Source of the DNA: an uncultured Christensenella sp.
GTDB taxonomy: Bacteria; Bacillota; Clostridia; Christensenellales; UBA3700
DNA length: 64,000 nt
NCBI GenBank assembly: GCA_949287655.1
Contig: CASEHD010000001.1
Coordinates: 73,345 to 137,344, forward strand
Direction: 5' to 3'
Positions within the stretch are counted from its first letter, which is position 1. Every line of letters begins with the position of its first letter. A program made the position numbers and the translations under genes. Shown one piece after another: positions 57,039 through 64,000 of this stretch. The notes beneath the pieces are model-generated. The model made no database searches and was not told the origin of the DNA. It saw only the letters and a list, made by a program, of their open reading frames with translations.

Positions 57039-58061
57039 TTACAGCTTTGCGGCGAGCGCGTAATAGTTGCCGCTAAGCTTGTTTATAAATCCATAGATCT
57101 CCATTTCGGACAAAAGCGCGGTCAGTTCGTTTACTCCGAGCCCGCTTTTTTCGAGAAGCTCGCTGAAATGCGCGCTCTCGCAGTCCTCCAGAACGGATAT
57201 TATCCTCGCCTGTTCCAAAGTGAGCTGAACGGCGAGTTGTTCTTTGTCCGCTCTCTTTTCTCTTACGCCGATCACGTCTTCCGGGGTCGTGACCGCCGCT
57301 GCCTGCAACTCTTTTATTTTGTCGTTGCAGCCTTTGCTCGTTTCTGAAAATATGCTGCCGGGCACGACGTAAAGGTCTCTTCCCTGTTCTATTGCAAGGT
57401 CGGCGGTTATCATCGAGCCGCTGCCCGCGCCCGCTTCCGTTACCAGCACGCCTTTCGAGAGTCCGCTTATTATCCTGTTGCGCTCAGGAAATCTGAACGC
57501 GTGCGGCGGAGTCGCCGGAGGGTATTCGCTTACGATAAGCCCGCTCTTGGCGATCCTTTCGTACAGCTCGGCGTTTTCGGGCGGATATACGACGTCCGGA
57601 CCGCAGCCGAGGACCGCGATCGTCTTGCCGTCCTCTTCGAGCGCGGCGTTGTGAGCCATGCTGTCAACCCCTCTCGCCATACCGCTTACCACGCATATCC
57701 CCGCCTTTGCGAATTCTGACGAAAACGCTTTTGTGACGTCCTTTCCGTAACGCGTTACGCGGCGGGTGCCTACGACGGCTATCCTTTCGACGTCGTCGCC
57801 CAAAAGGGAGAGGTCTCCCTTGCAGTAAAGCGTCTGCGGCGGGTCGTAGATATCTTTGAGCGCGGACGGATAATACTTCGAATACCTCGTGACGGCGACT
57901 ATGCCCTTCTTGTTCATCTCTTCGATAACGACGTCAGCGTGCGCGTAATCTCTGTAAAGCTCCTTCGGGCTGTCTACGCCGTCCGCCGCGTCCCTCTTTT
58001 TCTGATAAGAGGTCTCGAAAGAAAGCATTATTAAAGCCTTGTCGTCGTCGCTGTAATTCAT
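57039..58061 (-). CDS. dprA: DNA-processing protein DprA (Smf)
   Basis: It has AVVGTRRVTRYG, SGMARGVDSMAH and a C-terminal winged-helix domain. Confidence 0.9.
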   Translation of the reverse strand: MNYSDDDKALIMLSFETSYQKKRDAADGVDSPKELYRDYAHADVVIEEMNKKGIVAVTRYSKYYPSALKDIYDPPQTLYCKGDLSLLGDDVERIAVVGTRRVTRYGKDVTKAFSSEFAKAGICVVSGMARGVDSMAHNAALEEDGKTIAVLGCGPDVVYPPENAELYERIAKSGLIVSEYPPATPPHAFRFPERNRIISGLSKGVLVTEAGAGSGSMITADLAIEQGRDLYVVPGSIFSETSKGCNDKIKELQAAAVTTPEDVIGVREKRADKEQLAVQLTLEQARIISVLEDCESAHFSELLEKSGLGVNELTALLSEMEIYGFINKLSGNYYALAAKL

Positions 58062-58081
58062 CTTTGTCCGTCCTTACTCCG

Positions 58082-59614
58082 TCATTCCCAGTACTTTCTG
58101 TCGAGAGAGCGGTACTGTACGGCTTCCGTTATATGTTTTACGAGGATGTTTTCGCTGCCTTCGAGGTCGGCGATAGTCCTCGCAACTTTGAGCACTCTTG
58201 TGCTCGCGCGGGCGGTCATGTTGAGTTTTTTGAACGCCGCTTCGAGTATTCTTTCGCAGTCGGACGTAAGCGCGCAATGCTTTTTCATCTGCGCGTTGGT
58301 CATCTGCGCGTTGGTATGCACGCCGGTGCCCTTGTATCTTTCCCTCTGCAACGCCCTCGCCTTCTCTACGCGCGCCTTTATCGTCGCGCTGTCCTCGGAA
58401 GGAGGGGCGAACCGTAATTCTTCGTAACTTATCCCGTCCACCTCGACCTGCAGGTCTATCCTGTCCAGAAGGGGTCCGGAAAGCCTTGAAACGTATCTTC
58501 TTATCTCCGCCGCCGTGCATCTGCATTGCTGCGTCTTGCTGCCGAAATTGCCGCACGGGCACGGGTTCATACTGGCGACCAGCATAAATTTCGCCGGATA
58601 GTCTAAAGACTGCTTTGCGCGCGATACCGTCACGACGCCGTCTTCGAGAGGCTGGCGCAGGCTCTCTAACGTCTGCCGCTGATATTCAGGCATCTCGTCC
58701 AGGAAAAGTACGCCGTTGTGCGCCATACTGACCTCGCCCGGCTTTGCCTTCGCGCCGCCGCCCATAAGCGCGGGCACCGTCACCGTATGGTGAGGGGTGC
58801 GGAAAGGTCTTGCGGTAACTATTCCCTTCCCCGCGTCGAGTATTCCGGCAACCGAATGTATCTTAGTAACTTCGACCGCTTCTTCAAAGGTCATGTCGGG
58901 CATTATCGTCGGCACGCATTTTGCCATAAGCGTCTTGCCCGCGCCGGGAGGTCCGATCATAAGGATATTGTGCCCGCCCGCGACCGCGATCTCCATCGCG
59001 CGCCTCGCGAACACCTGTCCTTTTACCTCCGAAAAATCAACGTTGTATTTGTTTTCCGCCTGCTGGGCGCTGAAAGTGCGCGTCGGCACGGGCGAAAACT
59101 CTTTGCTGCCGTTTAAAAAGTCAGCTACGTCTTTGAGAGAAGAAAACGCGAACGCCTCTATCCCGGCAACGTAAGACGCTTCCGTCGCGTTGGCTTCCGG
59201 CACGATGAATTTATCGTATCCGTTCTGCATTGCCGACAGAAGTATCGGCATCAGTCCTTTTACGTGCCTTACGCTGCCGTCGAGAGAAAGTTCCCCGACC
59301 ACGACGTACGGCTTGTAAGAATAAGCGGGAATCTGCTCCGTCGCCGCGAGTATGCCGACCGCTATCGGAAGGTCGTAAAGGCTTCCTTCCTTCTTGCTGT
59401 CGGCGGGCGCCAAATTGACCGTGATCTTCTTTATCGGATAATCGAGAAGCGAATTCTTTATCGCCGCTCTCACCCTTTCGCGCGACTCCTTGACCGCGGT
59501 ATCTGCAAGTCCTACGACCTCGTATGCGGGAAGTCCCGCGTTTACGTCCACCTCGACGGCGACGTCGAAGCCTTCGAGCCCGTTCAGAGCGTAACTTTCG
59601 ACCTTAGCCAGCAT
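58082..59614 (-). CDS. comM: YifB/ComM-family Mg-chelatase-like ATPase (510 aa)
   Basis: It has the Lon-like N-terminus (GSLYDLPIAVGILA), Walker A GPPGAGKTLMA, and the GVLFLDE and C4 motifs. The start is trimmed to the ATG at 59612-59614, behind AAAGGAG. Confidence 0.9.
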   Translation of the reverse strand: MLAKVESYALNGLEGFDVAVEVDVNAGLPAYEVVGLADTAVKESRERVRAAIKNSLLDYPIKKITVNLAPADSKKEGSLYDLPIAVGILAATEQIPAYSYKPYVVVGELSLDGSVRHVKGLMPILLSAMQNGYDKFIVPEANATEASYVAGIEAFAFSSLKDVADFLNGSKEFSPVPTRTFSAQQAENKYNVDFSEVKGQVFARRAMEIAVAGGHNILMIGPPGAGKTLMAKCVPTIMPDMTFEEAVEVTKIHSVAGILDAGKGIVTARPFRTPHHTVTVPALMGGGAKAKPGEVSMAHNGVLFLDEMPEYQRQTLESLRQPLEDGVVTVSRAKQSLDYPAKFMLVASMNPCPCGNFGSKTQQCRCTAAEIRRYVSRLSGPLLDRIDLQVEVDGISYEELRFAPPSEDSATIKARVEKARALQRERYKGTGVHTNAQMTNAQMKKHCALTSDCERILEAAFKKLNMTARASTRVLKVARTIADLEGSENILVKHITEAVQYRSLDRKYWE

Positions 59615-59628
59615 TCCCCCTGCTCCTT

Positions 59629-61779
59629 TTATCTCTTTTTCTTTGCGAAACGCTCTCTGAGCGAACGCAGCGTGAAAGTATCCTTGATCTCGTCGCTCAT
59701 CTTGCCGTATATCGGCTTCACTTCCCGGACGTTGCCGTAGAAGCAGATGTCGACGACGACGTATATCAGCCACAGCGCGATCGCGACCGCAACTATGCTG
59801 AATATTATCATCAGCGGACTCTTTGAATAGAAAGCGAGATAACCCGCTTCGGTATGATCGCCGAGGAAGCCGCTCCTTGAAATAAGTCCGGCAATATTGA
59901 GGAAGGACAACGCCGAAACGCCGCCGAATATCGCGAACACTCTTCTGTCGGGCACCATCGCGAGATAGACGAGAAGGAGCACCGCCGCTATCGGCATCGT
60001 GACGACGGTCGCCTGCGCGCCGAGCGCCGAATACAGCGCGAATGCCGCCGCCGCGAACAGTACGAGGTCGGAACGGTCTTTGCTTCTGTAATAAGCTGCC
60101 GCCGTAGCAACGCCCATACCGATCACGAACAGCCAGTTGGCTACTTCGAGTATCGTATTGCGCGACGTCGAGTTAGCCGCGCCGAACACGCCGTAGAGGT
60201 TGAACGTGTCGGTGTTCAGAAGCGCGCTCGTCTTAAAGAAAGCGTATATCTGTTTGAAACAGTAGAACACATTGCCCTGCTTTATGTTGGACAGACTCAT
60301 CGGCAAAGTGACGACGTAGTACAAAATAAATCCGCCGACCATCGTCAGCACGATCGCGAGGATATTGTTTTTCGACTTCTTTATTTCGCTCACCTCGCCG
60401 CTCCCGGACGCGACGTCGATCTCCCTTATCAGAGTGACGATCTCAAACGTCAGCACGACGGGCAGCGCGAGAAGCGCATAGTAGCTGAAAAACAGCGCGA
60501 ACACATAGAAGACGCCGCACGCGATATAATTCTTGTCGAGCATGGATATGAGAGTCAGCACGAGGAAGAGGATGGCTATCGTCTCATAACTGCCGTACAT
60601 AGCGCCGAACGTGAAGAACAACGGGAAGATCGCGTATATCCAGCCGAATATCACCGCGCCGTTTTCGTCCTCTCTCTCCTGGAACGCGAACGAAGCGACC
60701 GTATAGCATATAATAAGATCTGCGATCACCGTGGGTATCCTCATAAGCATCGCCATACCCATTGAACCGCTTTCTACGCCCATAAGTTTCGCTATCATGC
60801 CCAGCATCCACAACAGATACGCCGTACCCGCCGGGTAATTGGTCAGCGAAGTATCGGTAAACGCGGTCGAAATGCCGTTATTGGCATATGCAAGCGCCGC
60901 GGTAGCCATACTGTCGATTTCGCTGCCCATGCCGTAGTTGCACAACAGTATCACGAATCTTATTATAAAACCGGCGACGATCGCGCCGATAAACAGAAGG
61001 AAGCCCTTATTGCTCATCTGCGGTTTTCCGCCTTCGGGATCGAAATTGCTTTCAGGCTTAGTGAACTTTCTTATCAGCATGTACGCCGCGTATGCGAGCG
61101 CAACCGTGAGTATCGTTCCCAGCACGACGAAAGTCACAGACCCGCCGTTGGACAGAGTGTAATCCGCGCTCGTCCTCAGAACGCCGACCTCGCCTTCATA
61201 ATCGGAAGGGACGCTGTCAACGGGCATAAGGGATACGTTATCGAAAGAGACCGTACCGTATGCGGTGGACTTTTCGTTTCCGAGACCTACCGTCAGAGTA
61301 AAGTCTCCGCTCGCGGTAGAACGGAAATATACCTCGTAAGTCTGATATCCGTCGCTCGTCTTTTTAACGCTTATGCCGCTGTAATTCAGATCCTCTTTGA
61401 ATCCGACGTAAAAGCCCGAAGTACTGCTCGTCTGGATCGAGCTTACTTTCGCGTAAACGCTGAGGCGGTAAAGCTGATTCTTTTCAAGCTCAACGGTCTG
61501 AGACAGATAGTCGTAAGCCGCGGACGAACTGCTCTTTTCGATATAAGCGTAACGTTTGCCGAGATTGGGATCGCTTTCCGAAGCCTGAGAATCGTTATCG
61601 GACTTAAACGTGATCGAACTGCCGCTCGATTTCGTCCAGCCTACGACGGTCTTGTCCGAAAGGGTCTCGAATGTGCCGTTTGAAATCACTTCGCTGTATT
61701 CCTTGACGTCGTTGCATGCGGTCAAGAACACCGCGACGACGGCAATAAGCAAAGCGACGATCAAAATTTTCTTTTTCAT
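59629..61779 (-). CDS. Lipoprotein-anchored beta-sandwich (CBM-like) domain fused to a polytopic GT-C-like (family 39/PMT_2-like) membrane glycosyltransferase domain
   Basis: The lipobox is FLTAC. Residues from about 25 to 215 are rich in beta strands (SNGTFE...GWTKSSGS...YRLSVYAKV...GTVSFDNVSL). At least 12 TM helices follow, with a first-loop acidic motif (NYGMGSEIDS). The domain calls are by eye only. Confidence 0.55.
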   Translation of the reverse strand: MKKKILIVALLIAVVAVFLTACNDVKEYSEVISNGTFETLSDKTVVGWTKSSGSSITFKSDNDSQASESDPNLGKRYAYIEKSSSSAAYDYLSQTVELEKNQLYRLSVYAKVSSIQTSSTSGFYVGFKEDLNYSGISVKKTSDGYQTYEVYFRSTASGDFTLTVGLGNEKSTAYGTVSFDNVSLMPVDSVPSDYEGEVGVLRTSADYTLSNGGSVTFVVLGTILTVALAYAAYMLIRKFTKPESNFDPEGGKPQMSNKGFLLFIGAIVAGFIIRFVILLCNYGMGSEIDSMATAALAYANNGISTAFTDTSLTNYPAGTAYLLWMLGMIAKLMGVESGSMGMAMLMRIPTVIADLIICYTVASFAFQEREDENGAVIFGWIYAIFPLFFTFGAMYGSYETIAILFLVLTLISMLDKNYIACGVFYVFALFFSYYALLALPVVLTFEIVTLIREIDVASGSGEVSEIKKSKNNILAIVLTMVGGFILYYVVTLPMSLSNIKQGNVFYCFKQIYAFFKTSALLNTDTFNLYGVFGAANSTSRNTILEVANWLFVIGMGVATAAAYYRSKDRSDLVLFAAAAFALYSALGAQATVVTMPIAAVLLLVYLAMVPDRRVFAIFGGVSALSFLNIAGLISRSGFLGDHTEAGYLAFYSKSPLMIIFSIVAVAIALWLIYVVVDICFYGNVREVKPIYGKMSDEIKDTFTLRSLRERFAKKKR

Positions 61780-61936
61780 ATTTCCTCTCCCGAATATGGA
61801 TAGTCAAGTATAATAATAAAGGATAATCGCCCTTTTGACAAGTATTATTAAAATTTTTTATTAATTTTATTATATATATAAGCAAAGCCGCCCGGACTTT
61901 TCCGCCCGGGCGCGCTTTGATACCGTTTATGCGCAT

Positions 61937-61966
61937 AAAAACGCCGCTCTGCGAAAGCAGAGCGGC
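61937..61966 (-). terminator. Rho-independent terminator after rplS
   Basis: Minus strand GCCGCTCTGCtttcGCAGAGCGGC forms a 10-bp stem, followed by GTTTTTAT. Confidence 0.85.
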
Positions 61967-61979
61967 AACTTCGTCAAAC

Positions 61980-62324
61980 TTATCTTATGACCTCTTTGAG
62001 TCTCGCTGCCTTGCCGACGCGGTCGCGCAGATAGTACAGCTTCGCTCTTCTGACCTTACCGTGACGTACGACGTCGATGTGGTCGATCTTGGGAGAATGA
62101 AGGGGGAACGTTCTCTCAACGCCTACGCCGAACGAAAGACGTCTGACGGTAAACGTTTCTCTTACGCTGCCGTTCTTGAACGCGATGATGATGCCTTCGA
62201 ACGCCTGCAGTCTCTCTCTGTTGCCTTCAACGACCTTGACCCATACCTTTACGGTATCGCCGATGCTGAGTGCGGGAAGATCGGTCTTCATTGCCTCTTT
62301 TTCAATAATGTCTACGATATTCAT
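61980..62324 (-). CDS. rplS: 50S ribosomal protein L19
   Basis: A 114-aa protein with [23 protein letters not shown] and RRAKLYYLR. Confidence 0.97.
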   Translation of the reverse strand: MNIVDIIEKEAMKTDLPALSIGDTVKVWVKVVEGNRERLQAFEGIIIAFKNGSVRETFTVRRLSFGVGVERTFPLHSPKIDHIDVVRHGKVRRAKLYYLRDRVGKAARLKEVIR

Positions 62325-62406
62325 TTGACTCTACCTCCATAGCCAAGCGTTCGCGTCTGAAAGATTTTTTGTGCGGAGGAACGCCCGAAGTCTTTTTTGC
62401 TATAAT

Positions 62407-62435
62407 AGTTTATCATTTAAACGCGCCTTTGGCAA
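62407..62435 (-). promoter_or_regulatory. Putative promoter of rplS
   Basis: Minus strand TTGCCA, a 17-nt spacer, then TAAACT with an extended TGa. This would give a leader of about 75 nt. Confidence 0.35.
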
Positions 62436-62542
62436 GCGTTTTTCAGCCGATTTTTATCAAATTTCGCATTTGTCGCCGCTTTCTTTCGTTTTGCGCCGTA
62501 AAAAGCGGATTTTTTAACGTTTTAGTCTCTTTCGCAGACATT

Positions 62543-62902
62543 TTACGTCCTTCCCGACGCGTCGAAAGCGTTGACGGTATGCCTGACTTCTCCCCTTAAA
62601 ACGGCGACGACGTCAAAGCGGCAGCCTTTGCGGCATTCGCGCGTATGCGCGCTCGCCCAGTACCGCGCGGTCAATATTATCTTGCGCCTTTTGCGCATAT
62701 CCACGCTGTCTTCGGGAAAACCGAAGTCCGTATTAATTCTGGACTTTACCTCTACGAACACGACCGTGTCGCCGTCTTTCGCAATCACGTCTATCTCCCC
62801 GACCGGACACGAGTAGTTGCGCTCTAAGATCGCGTAACCCCTTTTTTTAAGATATTCGCAGGCGGCGTTTTCGCCCTTTATCGCTGTCTCGCGGTTATTC
62901 AT
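62543..62902 (-). CDS. yraN: YraN-family (UPF0102) endonuclease-like protein (119 aa)
   Basis: It has the GEIDVIAKDGDTVVFVEVKSR PD-(D/E)xK-type motif. The ATG at 62900-62902 overlaps the rnhB stop by 8 nt. Confidence 0.85.
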   Translation of the reverse strand: MNNRETAIKGENAACEYLKKRGYAILERNYSCPVGEIDVIAKDGDTVVFVEVKSRINTDFGFPEDSVDMRKRRKIILTARYWASAHTRECRKGCRFDVVAVLRGEVRHTVNAFDASGRT

Positions 62903-63512
62903 TGACAAAATTTTTGATAAAACTGCGCCTGTGTATAGGCGTTGCGCCGTACTCTCTGAGCGCGGCGATGTGCTTCGCGGTGCCGTAGCCTTTGTTGGAC
63001 GCAAAGTCGTACTGCGGATATTCTTTCGCGTATCCGTACATAAGCCTGTCGCGGTACACCTTTGCGACTATGGAAGCCGCCGCTATATTGTAACTCTTCG
63101 CGTCGCCCTTTATTATCGCGACTTCGGGGATCGGAAGATCGAGCTTTACCGCGTCGACGAACGCGATGTCCGCCTTGTCCTTTATTTCTTCGACCGCCTG
63201 TCTCATCGCCTTTTTTGTCGCGTTGAGTATGTTTATTTCGTCTATCTCCCCGGGCTCAACGCGGACTATCGAAACGGCTTTCGCAACCGAAAGTATCTTA
63301 TCGTACAGCGCTTCTCTTCTCTTTTCGCTGAGTTTTTTGCTGTCGTCCACGCCGTCTATCAGCTTGTCCTCTTCAAGCGGCATCACGACCGCGCAGACGA
63401 CGACCGGACCTGCGAGCGGTCCTCTGCCGACTTCGTCCATTCCGCATATCGCGTTATAGCCCTTTTGAGTGTAGACCTTTTCATATTCGAGCATTTCTGC
63501 CGCTTTTTTCAT
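62895..63512 (-). CDS. rnhB: Ribonuclease HII
   Basis: It has GMDEVGRGPLAGPVV, DSKKLS and the ASIVAKV motifs. Confidence 0.95.
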   Translation of the reverse strand: MKKAAEMLEYEKVYTQKGYNAICGMDEVGRGPLAGPVVVCAVVMPLEEDKLIDGVDDSKKLSEKRREALYDKILSVAKAVSIVRVEPGEIDEINILNATKKAMRQAVEEIKDKADIAFVDAVKLDLPIPEVAIIKGDAKSYNIAAASIVAKVYRDRLMYGYAKEYPQYDFASNKGYGTAKHIAALREYGATPIHRRSFIKNFVNE

Positions 63513-64000
63513 ATTTCCTCCGGAAGATCGAGCATTATTTTGCCGAATTTCTGTTTTCGAAAATCGTCTACGACCGCCCTCGCGGTACGCGCGTAATCCA
63601 CTCTTCCGCCCGACAGCATGAATCCTCTCGCCTTCGCTACGGCAATAAATCTCTCCTCTACGTCCCGCGGCATTTCATTCAGAGAATAACGGGCAAGGAA
63701 CGCGTCGGTATGGTTTTTAGAAAAATAAGACATCATCTCCGCCGCGAGCTCTTCGATATCCAGAACGTCGTCCTTCACGCTTCCTATGAAAGCAAGGTGA
63801 AGCGCGCGTTCTTCGTCCTCGAACGCGGGCGGCAGACTGCCCGGAGTATCGAGAAGTTCTACCCCTTCCGCGAGCGAGACCCACTGCTTGCCGCGCGTAA
63901 CGCCCGCCTTGTTGCCCGTCACCGTCTTTCTGCTGCTGCAAAGGTTGTTTATAAACGTGGATTTACCCGTGTTGGGCACGCCCACGACCATCGCGCGAAC
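63509..64000 (-). CDS. rbgA: Ribosome biogenesis GTPase RbgA/YlqF (C-terminal part; N-terminus beyond the window end)
   Basis: It has VGVPNTGKSTFIN and DTPG in the circularly permuted order. The reading frame is open to position 64000. There is an ATGA overlap with rnhB. Confidence 0.9.
   Translation of the reverse strand, partial: VRAMVVGVPNTGKSTFINNLCSSRKTVTGNKAGVTRGKQWVSLAEGVELLDTPGSLPPAFEDEERALHLAFIGSVKDDVLDIEELAAEMMSYFSKNHTDAFLARYSLNEMPRDVEERFIAVAKARGFMLSGGRVDYARTARAVVDDFRKQKFGKIMLDLPEEI

Noticed and set aside
1-64000. A search for rRNA, tRNA, CRISPR arrays, IS elements, integrases or prophage genes.
   Set aside because: I found no tRNA-like T-arm or acceptor patterns in the intergenic gaps, no regularly spaced direct repeats, and no transposase, integrase or recombinase-like translations. 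The low-GC TIR/IMPase pair therefore cannot be tied to a recognisable mobile element from this window alone.

Overview
This 64-kb window is a chromosomal segment from a moderately GC-rich, endospore-forming Firmicute, probably Clostridia-like. That placement rests on ctsR-mcsA-mcsB-clpC, yqfC-yqfD, and Bacillus-type phoH..era-yqzL-recO and dprA-topA-trmFO-hslVU synteny. I call 62 protein-coding genes, 57 of them on the minus strand. Three are short ORFs absent from the supplied track, and one more is a partial gene running off the window start. I recognised no rRNA, tRNA, CRISPR array, transposase or integrase. Most of the content is housekeeping: a complete pstS-pstCA-pstB-phoU-phoP-phoR phosphate operon, the class III heat-shock operon with a perfect CtsR box, ppdK, dnaB, pepF, lepA, a nifS/nifU/Rrf2 Fe-S cluster, glyA, aspS/hisS, topA and rplS. 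The strongest candidate for something undescribed is a two-gene island at 16131-17952. On hand-sampled lines its GC is about 32-47%, against about 53% in the flanking genes. It encodes a TIR-like protein with a DUF5919-like C-terminal module, overlapping by 8 nt an intact IMPase-superfamily phosphatase. The pair has its own promoter and sits between the ppdK terminator and a LexA-boxed Y-family polymerase gene. Secondary points of interest: a BioY-BioB fusion behind a BirA-type operator; three tandem, divergent paralogous small lipoproteins, each with its own consensus promoter and terminator; a lipoprotein-CBM-like-GT-C membrane protein; two apparently leaderless genes; and a roughly 14-kb, 11-gene run without room for internal terminators that places hisS-aspS downstream of hslVU with no T-box leader. 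All functional calls come from reading the translations and motifs by eye. No database search was run.
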